Part shown: piece after piece, positions 1 through 11,700 of the stretch
Numbering within the stretch: position 1 is the stretch's first letter
Layout of the letters: each line of letters opens with the position of its first letter
NCBI GenBank assembly: GCA_008632985.1
Contig: QPGO01000217.1
Location: 62,001-114,993 of the forward strand
Reading direction: 5' to 3'
DNA from: Psammoneis japonica
Lineage: Eukaryota
DNA length: 52,993 nucleotides
Made by a program: the position numbers and the translations under genes
The notes under the pieces: model-generated
The model's input: only the letters and a program-made list of their open reading frames with translations
Databases searched by the model: none
Told to the model about the DNA's origin: nothing

Positions 1-641
1 GCTCCGACACCGCCCTCCCGTTGGTTGTTCCCTTTGAGGTGAGTCCGCTGTTCCGCGTTGGAGGCGTAGACAAAGCCACCGGGACCGCCACAGCCGCCGG
101 GGAAGCACGCCCCAGCGTCGGGAAAGTCATGAAAGACCTCCGTGCTGCTCCCACCTCCAACTTCGTACGCGACGGTCTGACCGCTTCGGGCAATAATGTC
201 CCAACAGAGTCCACGAGAGAAGTAAATGCCCGTTCCGGCGTCATACTGGAGGTTTCCCGGTTCGTAGGGCTCCCCCATGGGCGGTTCCACCGGAGAAGAA
301 GTGGGTGGTGCTGTTGTGGGTGGCCCTTCGGTTGGAAATGGAGTGGGCACCGATGGGGCCGTGCATATATTTCCGGTGGTCGGGCTGCACGTCGAGACAG
401 GGTTGCAGCAGTCACGTTGCTTGTTGCCTTGGATGCAGCTCTGGCCGTCCGTCTTGCAGGGAGCAAGCCTACGCGTACGGCCATGAAGGGGAAAGAGGCG
501 CTGGACTTCCGCGTGATACTTGGAGGAAGCTTGCTCCGCCAAAGACAACGGTCCTCCATGTAAATCTTGTCCTGAAACCACGGACGAGGAGGATAACAAC
601 AAGGAGATGCAGCTGCAAAGAAGCAACATCAGTGAAGGCAT
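1..641 (-). CDS. Secreted PhoX/DUF839-family alkaline phosphatase-like protein, N-terminal part (continues beyond window start)
   Basis: Manual translation from ATG at 641, open to position 1 (absent from the ORF track because it has no stop in the window). Signal peptide MPSLMLLLCSCISLLLSSSSVVSG, a small Cys-rich module, a Pro/Thr linker, then YEPGNL..GIYFSRGL..IIARSGQTVAY..FHDFPDAGACF..PGGFVYASNAE..GGVGA, matching the start of diatom PhoX-like domains. Confidence 0.8.
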   Translation of the reverse strand, partial: MPSLMLLLCSCISLLLSSSSVVSGQDLHGGPLSLAEQASSKYHAEVQRLFPLHGRTRRLAPCKTDGQSCIQGNKQRDCCNPVSTCSPTTGNICTAPSVPTPFPTEGPPTTAPPTSSPVEPPMGEPYEPGNLQYDAGTGIYFSRGLCWDIIARSGQTVAYEVGGGSSTEVFHDFPDAGACFPGGCGGPGGFVYASNAEQRTHLKGNNQREGGVG

Positions 642-1099
642 AGTTTGTTTTCCGATAGATTGCTTCTTGATGTTCGTCTTTGTTGCCGACCTTGTGTGGA
701 TTTTCAATTTGCGTCGTTCTGAAAAATTCTCGGCACAGGATTTCTCCTCGGCTCTTTCTTATTTGGACTTGCACTTGCTCGAGTATCGCAAATTATTGTA
801 CGTAAGTTGTATGTGTGTGACAAATTTTCTTAAAGCACTCAACAATTAAGTGGAAAATGTTAAATCAGAGATGTCTGAAGGTGAAAAATGACTCGAAACG
901 CATAAAGAGGATTTCAAAGAGATGTCAAAATGGGCAATATTGATCGTTTCAAAAAGAACAGCATTCCGATACTGAAGCAGATTTTATATATATTTTGTAT
1001 GGCCCATGTTAAAAATGTGAAATGTGTAGTAAATGAACCGCGGGCGTGTCTTTGCTGCGGTACGCAGCTGTGCAGGATGAACAGTCGCACTGAACTTGC

Positions 1100-4000
1100 G
1101 ACGTTTCGCAAAGCATCTCTGCCATGAAGTTGACAACCTCAACGACAACGCCTGCGGAGTTTGCTCCCCAGTCAAGCAGCGCTGCGCTGCACCTGTTAAA
1201 ATGGCCCCCGACCCACTGCCGTGCCTTGGACCATTTTTCTTGTGACATCTCCTCCGCGTTGTCTTGCTTTTTGCCATTTTCTCCATTGCCTCCAACCTCA
1301 GCACAGCTTTGACAACCCCCTTCTTTCCGCCTTCCTGCCCTTGAGCACCGGCCCTTTGCTTTTTTCTTTTTCTTCAACCGCAACACAGCTCCACACACAC
1401 CCATTTGGTCATGTTTCATCCAATCATGCACGATCACTTTTTTGGCTCTCTGCACCGCCCCTCTCACACCACCAGCTGCCCCTCCCAAATTCCTCAACCC
1501 TGACACCCCCTTCTCACATTTGTTCCCACAACACCAGTCACAATGCCAGCAATGGCCCTGTGTTGCTGTCCTTCTCCAAGCATGATCCCCTTTCTCGCTC
1601 ACCAGCCATGACCCCCTGACTGCAAACATGACACCTCAAAAAGCCCTCCGTCGACAACCTTCTTCCACGTCACGCCCTCCCTTGACAACCCCAACTGCTG
1701 ACCCCTGCAAACATCCACCCAACCTGACACCCATTCAATTGTGCCCCCAAATGGCCTTCTCTTTTCAGTGACTCACAAATTAACAACCCAGTGCGTCAAC
1801 CAAGACACCACTTTTGACTCTGCTTTCCGTGCTCTTCTCCACTCCGTGATGTCCTCCCTTTCTGACAAATTCAATTGGCCATCCCTTCAGGACAGCACCT
1901 GAAACTCTCAAGACTTCCAACCCCTCCTCTTGACCCCTGCTGCTGTGCCAGACCCCAGCTTGTCACCCAACCCTGCCTGAATCTCCGCCCCAGTCTCCAC
2001 CCAAGTCTCTGCCCAAGTTCCCGCCCAAGAAAGCATGTGCACACACCTCTTCAAATCTGCCCTTCCCTCAACTCTTCCACTGTCTCCATCTCCACTCCTG
2101 CCTCCGCTCCTTTCACCAAGCCTGCTGTTGCTCCCAACAAAAAGCCCTTCAACTCTGATTGCATCAACCCACAGACCGACTCCGATTCCAAGATCTTCAT
2201 CCTGCCAACCCTGCTGACAAACACAAACCCGCCGTCAATGTCAAAGGGGTCTGACCCATCCTTTGCATTACCCTCTGCACTCATGCCACCTGCAAACCAC
2301 TCACTCTCTTTAAAGTGGCTGACATCACCTTCTCTGAAACCTCCAAACGCCACTCCCATGACCCCATGTCACAATCAGTGGGCATCATGCTGCTTCAAAG
2401 TCACCTTTGCTCCCACTGCTTCCAACTGACCATTTGATTTCCATCTCTTCTGCAACCAAGTGCTTGGCCTTGCCATGCAAAAATGGCACCTCTTCCCTCC
2501 CATTCACTTCAAACCCCACTCTGCTGCCTCCACCTGCCTGGGCTCCCCTCTCCCCAGATGCCAAAGAACTTCCAGTTTATCCCAACCCTTGGATGTGGCA
2601 TGATGCCTTCCCCATCCCAGCCTGCAACAACTCCTTCACTGAACAAACCCACTGAGGATTCTTGCCGGCATCAATCCCAAGACATGTGGCCAGTCACACC
2701 TGTGAATTCCTCCTTGAAAAACTTCCCAGCCATGTCAAATCCCTCCGACCGCTCAGACCCCAACTTTTCTCTGTTCTCTAAATGCAACACCTTCTTTGAC
2801 CACATCAGAGCCAGGCCATTGCAATTCCGCAGCTTCTCCACAAGACAAACTGCAAACCTCCCCAAATCCGATGTCTGCTTCCTTGCAAATCCACGCCAGA
2901 AATGTGGGCCTCACTTCTGTCCATCGTCAACCCTCCCAACAGACCACCCTTCACTGTGCACATCCTTGGCCTCTCCCTGTCAACAGCTCTTTTTCTTTCC
3001 TTTCAAAACACCCCTTCAATTGCTGCACACCCACAAGCCATCAACAAACATCAAGTCAATGCCTGTGTCACAATTGCCAACTGCCTCAACATCTCCAAAC
3101 CCTCCGACTGCACCAAACCTTTGTGGCATCATCCCCATCTTTTTTGCACATGACAATGTCCCAATCAAGCACAAACTTCCCCTCTTGTTGTCTGCATCAC
3201 AGACACCACCCTTCACCTTTGTCCCAGCACACCCAAAGATTTGCTTTGCAACCCACCCACTTGCCACCCCCCCTCCTCCACCCACTCACACATCTGCACC
3301 CTTTGCTCAAGCAGTCCACAAATCATCCCATGATGCTCTCTCTTTTCTAGAAGCTTCCTGGCAACCCACACCAACACCAGCATCCATGCCACCGCCAATT
3401 GCTCCCCCCTCATCCCTCTCAAACAACGCCACCATGGGCCAACCTGATGCGGCTGACACCACCATGGATCAAACCAACGTCATTGAAACCACTGCAAACC
3501 AAACCAAGCCCACACCTCCAGTCCAAACTCCCACAGCTGCAGCCATTGTAGATGTGACACAACCTGATCCATTTGCCATGAACTTTGAACACTCTTGACA
3601 AGACTTTGAACTCCTTGATGCATCGCATTTGATCAATGGGTCTGCACCTTTGCACCAACACACCTCAACAAATGGAACAATCTGGCCTGCAATGCCACCA
3701 AACTAAAATCAAGACCCCCTGCTGCAACTCACCCAGCCATCTAGAAATGGAGGAACCCATCATTGGTGCACACACCTCATCAGGAGTTGCCAACTGGTCA
3801 TGCCCCTTTTCGGGCTGCTCTTTTTGCCTTCCAACAGGCACCCTTCCAACCCAGGTTCCCAAACTTCTGCATGCACATTTGTCCTCCATGCACAAACCAT
3901 TGCTGCATTTGATCCATGCTGGATTCTTTCTTCCAACAACACAGTCTGCACCCATGACTTCACTGCCAACGCACCACCAAAATGTGCCTTTGAGACACCC

Positions 4001-5233
4001 ACCTGCACACTCACCTGTGAAACACTCACCATCAAGCCCACATGACCACCAATGTCATCCATCTCATTGCATCATCCCACCCATGCCAAGAGCTTTCTGA
4101 ACAGAGAGCTTCCCTTCAGTGGCTTGCCTCACACTGGCTCTCTTGCCACCACCCTTCAGCGCCTCTGTTTGGCACAAATTGCCTCCCTCCTCCCACCTTC
4201 AAGTCATCCTTGCTTTCCACCTCCTTGTCTGATGGCATGTTGATTTTTCCATCTCTTTGACCCTGGTGGCAACAACCCACCTCCACCTTGGCAAACATCT
4301 TCAGAGCCTTTCTTCAAGCTCCTCCTTCATTTCAAGTCCCTCATCCTCCTCTGCCCATGCCCCAAAGACTCCAACATCCTAATTTCATCCACCATTGTGC
4401 AACACCTTTTTCTCTTCCAGAACAGCTCCATGCACACCCTCTGTGACAAATCACATTCCGTCCCCTTCCCACCAGACACATCCGATGAGAACCCCCCCAA
4501 CTTCAGCAACTCATCCCATCCTTGAAATGCCCTGCTGACATTGGCACTCAGCTGACACCCAGTTCTGCACTGCCACAAGCCCCACCTGCCCACAAATTCT
4601 TGGCTGCAGACGTCACTGTGCCTCCAGCTCCCCCACCCCCTGCACCTGGTTTGCCTGCCCCCAAAATCCCATCAAACAAGGTGCATCTCAGCAGCACATG
4701 GGACAAACTCCTTGGCTGCACTGTGTCATCTGCCTGGCACTTCAACATTGTCAATGCCATCAACCAAGCAGGGCTGTTCCTCCTCCCTTTCACCTTTGAC
4801 CACCTGGTGGCATTGGATGCCACTTCCACATCCTCCTCTGTCCTCCCTGTCCCTCCCAAACCACCTTGGACCCATTCATCATCCCTTTCTAACTCCCAAG
4901 CTTCCTTCTCCACCTTCAAAAAACTTGCTCCTTGGAATTTCCTCACCCGTTCCAACATTGCCTGGAAACAAGTGTTGTCAGACTGCTTTGGCACCTCCCA
5001 TCACACTGCCACCCCCAACTCTGGGCCTCACAAATCCTTGGCTTTGACTTTGGCACCGCTCTCTCCAACCATCTTTCTTCATGCCAAGCACTTCTTCTCT
5101 GACACCCAACTGTCAATGGCAACTCCTCCTCTCCCAAACATCTGTCCACACCCTTGGCCCATCTTTTTTCTCTCCATTGCTCAGTGTGCTCCGCACCACC
5201 CTCAGACCACACATCCCTGCCACCCCACCCCTT
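1100..5233 (+). mobile_element. Highly degenerate non-LTR retrotransposon remnant with restriction-like endonuclease (CRE/RLE-clade-like)
   Basis: Pyrimidine-rich, TpA- and CpG-depleted block. ORF 4522-5475 keeps RLE-type motifs (R>C)PADIG...LAADVTV...LLPFTFDHL(G)GIG, with W.xQILG..ALSNH downstream across frameshifts. A CPFSGC zinc-finger-like motif lies near 3800. No RT core recognised; boundaries approximate. Confidence 0.45.
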
Positions 5234-8200
5234 CAAAAAACAAAACCCAAAACATGTGTTTAAGGTGCTGCCACACTTCCGCCCCACAACTCCGGCATCA
5301 AGCTGGCTCACACCCCCAGCACACAAATGGCATGGCAGGCCCCTTCATCACTGCAGAGCCCCAACACCTGCCAACAATGAGCCATGAACAATCAATCACA
5401 GGGATGTCTTGCACCTCAAGGCTGCACCATTGGATCTGTGGTGCCACCCAAACTCATTGGACACTTTGTTTGTGAAAGACATGCACATGCTGCAATCGCA
5501 AAGAAAAGTGTGGACTTGTGGATGTTTTGTCAGATGGAAACAGCAGTGTGCAGTTTTTGCCATTGTGGGGGGGGGGCACTGTCTAGCTTGCCATTTGCCC
5601 TGAGTCTGCTCTTTGTTTGTGCAGAAAGTCTGGCATCATGTTGGCACATCCAGACATTTGTCATTTCTCATGGAGGCAGAACAAAGTTGTGTCAGGGGCT
5701 GTTCAGTGATGACAATTTTCTCAGCAACAACAAGAACGTGGCAACAAAGGCTCAGCATGTGGCTCAAGTGGAGCTGATGACAGGCACCACTGCAACTCTG
5801 CATCTGCTGCTTGGACTCATGAGATCTTTTGTTTGTGAAAGACAGTGCCAAATTTGTGGAGAAAAGTGAGGATTTGCACACTTTGCATTGGCTCAAGAGC
5901 AGAGGCAACTGGTGCATGCCTGTGCAATTCTGTTGGCATTGAATTGAAAAGGTCCACATTGCACCCCGGATGGTGCTTGCACTGAATCTTCTCTTCATTT
6001 GCACTGAAAAAAGCCACAAACATTTGCCATGCCACCAGAGCATTGCAAGACATTTTCATCTCATCTGAGTTTGGTGCAAAGGAGCTTGGGGATGAGAGGG
6101 GCAAACATCTGCCATGTGAGGTCTGCCATGTGATGTTGGTCACACAATCACACAAGCTCTCATCACCAGAAAAAGACTGGGCAGCTGGCGGACCAGTCAT
6201 GAAACCAACATCTCCATCAGCAAACACATGTCATGTTGGGAGTGGCAGGACAACTGGTTGGCTGGATTTCTGCTGCCAAAGCAAAGTTTCTTGACTTCAT
6301 CACAGTGTGCCATGTGATGACAATCAGCTGAGGATGCTGCATTGCAATCTTGCCTTGGTGACTGGGGGAGTGCTTGCTTCACCCTTTAATCTGATGCCAT
6401 GCCCAAGAGAAAATCAGATGCTTTCTTTTAATCAACAACATGTGCCAGCACACTGAAGTTGACCCATTCAATCAGCTCTTTGCCCTCTGCTCTGCTTCTT
6501 TTTGATTGTGCTTGAGCATCCAAGCCCAGTTGTCCCCAAACACCAAAAAATGGACAGTCTTGACTGGCCAACTTTGCTTTTGATTGGAGGAAAAAGGAAG
6601 TGGCCAAAGGAGGCTGTCATGCACAAAAACAAGTTCTTTCCATCTGACTGACCCTGTCCGCTGATCTGCTCATGCCAACAGCACAAAATTGGAGGAGGGG
6701 ACACAGCTCACCATGTTGATGAGTTGCTGTCACTGCACCTGCACTGCTTCCAAAATGTTCTGTTGTGAGAGTGATGCAGTTGCTGAAGTGTCTGAACCCA
6801 GCAATGAGTCAAATGTGGTGCTGTTTGCTTTCTCTCATCAGAGAGTTAAAACAAAAGGATCAGTTTTGGGCACAGCTTTGATTTGTGGGAAATCTTCAAA
6901 TGTGGGGCACAAATTTGCCCAACACACTTGCAATTTGTTGTTTGTCAGACAAGGGGGGGTGCAGGACAATTGCAGAGCAATCTTTGTGTGTGTCAGTGCA
7001 CACAAACACTTTGTTCTCATCAGCAAAGCTCTGGCCCTTGACTCTTGTTTGCACTGAAAAAGGACAATTCACGCCCTTTGAGAGAAGATGCCATTGGCCA
7101 ACCAAGAAAATGCTGCAATGTGCTGCACTGCTTTCACTCTGGGGGTGCTTTCTCAGACAAGGCTTTTTTCTCAAAATTTTCTTTCAGCCAGGGCAATGCA
7201 GCACACCACCTTTGTGCAGAAAGCCCCCCAGCTTCACAGTCTGCAGCCACTCATGTGTGGCTCAGAGCTGCTTCTTCCTCCACAGCTTTTTGCCATGCAG
7301 CTGCTGCTGTGCAGCAAACACACACCCCCATTTGCACTCTTTTGCACAGATGTGCCCCACTTGTTGCAAAACCAACAATTGCTTTTGGGGCAAATGACAG
7401 CACACTGAGAAGAGAGAAATGTTTTTGACAAAGCTCAAAAGCCAATGGCAGGTTGCTGCCAGCACAGCACTTCCCCAGCAGCAGCACACAAGGATGGCCA
7501 GAGATGTCTGTGAACAGTGCCTCTCAGCAAAGCAAACTTGGGAGAGGAAAGAGCAGTGTGCAAACTGAGATTGTTTTGCAATGTTTTGAATCAACAAGTT
7601 TGTTTTGAGCTGTCTCTGTTGTTGTGCCAAGGTCACTGTTTTCTCTGCAATGCTTCACGCCAATGTGTTGTGTGCAATGTGTCACAAGTGCTGCCTCTCA
7701 ACCAAGGAGATGCGCACATCTCTCAAAACCCAACCAATCAAGAAACAACTTGAGAGTGTTGTTGAAAAAATTTGAGGAGTTCAACCCTGACTCCTTTGAA
7801 AGGGATGCAGCGTGCCAGCCCATGTGCAACAAAATTTGGCATCAATGAACATGGTGCACAGTTGCTGGGGCCGCCGGAGTGACCAATCAGTCTGCGCAGC
7901 CGATTGCATTGGAGCAAGTTGCTCTTTTCAAAGATGCATCTTTTTTTTTCAAATCCATTCACTGGCCAATTGGCTTCTGTTTCAACAGAAGCCATGAGAG
8001 ATGAAATGATTTGTCATGGCTTCCATCAGGTGCAGGCAAATTTTGCAACAGATCCTTCTTGCCCGCCAGCTGCTCCCTTCAATTTTTGGCCATTCTGTCC
8101 CAAAACATCCATGATGGCCTTGGCCACTGCCACAGAACATGCCAGTGCAATGTGGTCAAGGGTGCCAATGACTCATTTTAACCAGTTGAAAAAAGTGGCA

Positions 8201-8439
8201 GTGATTTTGTTGAACTTTTCTTTTCATGTTTTTGTGTCTTGAAACAAGAGGCAGTCGCTTTGCTTTGCTGTTGCCAGTGTTGTCTCAACATTGGCAATGC
8301 AAGTCTTGCATGAACAATGCGAGCCTCATGCTGGCAGCTGACACAAAGCCATTTTAGACACATGCTGCTTGTCAGCTCTCTTGATTCACCGACTTGCCTG
8401 CAGAACGATTCATCATGTGCTCATTGGATGCAAGGTTCT

Positions 8440-8715
8440 TGACAGAAATTGAAGGCAAATGGCAAGAATTCAAACAATGGCTCCTTGCTGCTGTCTAAAT
8501 GGCAGATGAGTCTCCGCTCAGAGACCGTCACAGGAGCCGAAAGACGTGCAAGTCGGCACAATCGGGCTGCTGTTGTCATTCTTGTGAGCCTTGTGGCTCG
8601 AAAGCAAACTACATCGCGCGCGAACGTGCGGAACTAAAGCACACAAAACTGTGCGCGGCAAACTAAACAGCACGCGACATTTCGCACGCACCTGAATCCT
8701 GTTCAAATCCTGTCA
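8440..8715 (-). repeat. 3' LTR of copia element
   Basis: Colinear with 16032-16307 (about 14 transitions, no indels by eye); adjacent to the PPT. Confidence 0.95.
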
Positions 8716-11700
8716 CTCCCCAGTTTGCTTGAGGAGTCACAGAGACAGATTCGACTTCGGATGGAATGAAGTTCCAGAACATGAGGGGGCGGAGAAGGTC
8801 CCAGATTTGGGAGCAACCCCAATGCTTGCTGAGAATGTCAGCAGGGTTGCGGGAGCCTTCGATGAAGTGGAACTCAAGGCAACCAGAGGCAATTGCCTCA
8901 CGCACATGGTGGAACGACAGTGCGGTGTGTCGCTTGTGTAACTTGGAGTGCGGGATGGTGGCACTGTCTACAACCGACTTGTTGTCACCGAACATGTAAC
9001 TGACATTACGGATCGGGACGCCAAGGCAGCGCAGGGTGATGCGCAGGTCAACAATCTGCTCGACACAAGTCCTTGCGGCAACAAATTCAGACCCGCAGGT
9101 CGCAGTCTCCATGGTGGCTTGCTTCTTAGAGAACCAATCAGCCGGGAATTTGTTGAGGAAGTGGAGCATTCCCATGACAGAGCGTCCGGTGAGCATGCAA
9201 TGGCACAAGTTTGCATCGACGTAGTGGGTGGCAGTGACGAACTTGCCAAGGGGCGGTGGAGCGTCCTTCAGGATCATCTCTTCTGCCTCGCCGCACACGG
9301 AATGCATCCATTCACAGGCCGGAGCAGGGAGATCCGAATGGTCGGGCTCTTCCGTGCGAACGCGGAGAGTGCCGTGTCGCATCTTGGAGAGGTGCCCACA
9401 GACACGTTTGGCACGATCCAAGTGGCCTTGACGGGGTGCAGCTCGGAAGCTAGAGAGTGACATGACGGCCGTGGTGATGTCAATTCGACCAAGGGACACT
9501 GCCCATTGGAGTGAACCAACAAGAGACTGGAACTTGTGAATGCCATCGGGCCCCAGCAGTTCGGAAGTGTCCAGTTCGGGGTGGTCACCCTTCTCCAGAG
9601 GTGACAGGGCGTTGGTGGCAGGTTTCTCCCCAAACAGTCGGGCGCAGCTGTCGACCATGCACTCGATGTACTTGCGCGGAGACAGGCACAAGGTTCCGTC
9701 GGGATCGCGGGAAAAGTCGCAACCCAGATGGAACTCAATGGGTCCTGCACCCTTGAGCTTGAACTTGTGCTTTTCCGTGAGAGTGTCAACGAAGGATTGA
9801 GGGTCCTTCATGGCAATGGCGAGGTCATCCACATAAATGGCAATGCATTCACAGTGGTCGCCATTCCTGCGCATCCAAATGTCGGGTTCGGCACGGCAGG
9901 GGAAGAATCCTTCAGCTCGCAGGCAGTCGGCGAAGCGCTCGTGCCAGCGGAGACCAGAGCTGCACAGTCCATGCAGGGCCTTGTGGATGACAAGGATGTG
10001 TCCTTTGAGTTTGCCAAATTCGGGTCTGGCTGCAATGCAGAGCTTCTCCTTGGTGGTGGCTTCAAGGTGGGCATTGCCAATGTCGGTGGCCCATGTCTCC
10101 AACTCGTTGAGTTTGGCCAGGAAAATCATCAGCCAAAGGCCATGGAGGGAGACCACTCCGGAGCAGACACTGTCGACAGGCACGTCCGTGAGGTGCCCAT
10201 CGGCTGCGAGTCATGCCTTGTGGCGACCGTCATGTTTCACGTCGCACACCAGGTGCACTTGGATCTTCTTGTGTCCCGCAGGAGGAGTGGAAGACTTGAA
10301 GGGCCCGCAGTCATGGAAGACTTCGTATTCCTCGAGTTGGTCCATCTCGAGATTAGTTGCGTCTCCCCATTTGCGGTTGCCGTTGCGTTCGTCCAGTGAC
10401 ATGGCGTGTTTGCAGTTCCGGGGAACTTCGCATCCGCACTTGCAGTGAGGTGCAGTGCGGAAGGAGCGAAGCTTGGCTTGGTTGGCCATGCGAAACAGCT
10501 TCTTTTGGCGCCTCGCGATGGTGCGGAACCGCTTCCAGCCATCAGTGTCGAGAAGTCCGTTCTCTCGTGCATGGATGGCGCAGGTGACGGGGTCGTCCTT
10601 GGCGATGATGGCAAGAGGCTCGGACGTGATCTCCCCACTTTCCCGTTCAAGCATGATGTTGTAGCTTGAGCCTTTCCAGGTTGGGTCATGAGGCTTCAGA
10701 GGTCCTTCGTGTGACACGATGCGTCGAAATTTCCAAACAGCAGTGTCTTCGTCTTCTTGCTCAATGTGATTCATGATGTCATTGCAGGCAAGGACTTCCT
10801 CGCATTCGTCGTTGTTGACAGAGCAGACGAACTTGGTGAGCTCGGGATTGCCGTTCACTTTCCATTCGTGGTCTTCGACAGCCTTGACGATGCGAGCTCT
10901 GTGGCGTTGTCCGTCCTCTTGTGGCTGCATGAGGAAGGTGCATCCGATGATGTCTTGCGGATCAAAAACTGGCATCTTGGGTGTCCTGATCTCCCCATCA
11001 GGAGAATCGACGGGGTTGTCGTCATGGCAAGATTTGATGATGGGTTCAGGTGGCTCCCCATCAGGAGGATCAAGACGCAGGTTTCGAACGGCAGGATCGG
11101 TGGCAGCGGAGCATGCGTTGGACCGGCAGAGGATCTTCTGAGTCTCGTCAGAGAGAATCTTGAAGGTCATCTGGTGGCCGACGTGCTCAGCAATGCCAAC
11201 AAAGCGTCCACGCAACTCACGGGATTCGGACGGCCAATCGGAGTCATCGAGGTGGAAGTGCACGGGTTCCCACCAGTGAAAGCGAAGCAATGGGCTGATG
11301 TCCGGGGTGGAGCCAGTGAGAGTCTCGAGGGGCGTGCACCAGTGGAGACGTGGGGACGCTGCATGGTTGAGCATGAAGCACACACACATGAGCGCCAGCA
11401 GCCATGTGTGGGCGGGCGAACCAAAACGATCCATGACAGTGTTCGCCATGCGCTTCACGGTCTGGCATCAACGCTCGGCAAAGTTTTGGTGTTGCTGGTG
11501 AGGCTCACTTTGCCAGCTGGAGATGAAGAGGGCTCGTAGGATCCCGAGCACCTTGTTGCCAATCTCAACTTGAGCACGATCGCCAATGAGTTTGGATGGG
11601 GCACCACGCTCCCAGATCTGATCCTCGAGTGTGTTGACAAACTCTTTGTCCGTGTTGGTGCCGCAGACGTCAGTGACGGTAGACTCGGTGCCAACAAACA

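Noticed and set aside
21..563. Plus-strand 180-aa ORF
   Set aside because: Antisense shadow of the minus-strand PhoX-like gene.
1124..8363. Numerous Cys/His-rich, Tyr-free ORFs here and at 20.7-23.2, 36.6-47.3 and 50.6-53 kb as possible metal-binding proteins
   Set aside because: Their composition follows from TG/CA saturation; they occur in all six frames and mostly end in TGA.
10211..11470. In-frame TGA codons in pol as readthrough, selenocysteine or an alternative genetic code
   Set aside because: Both sit at conserved Arg positions (CGA->TGA by CpG transition). Neighbouring host genes use the standard code with normal Tyr codons.
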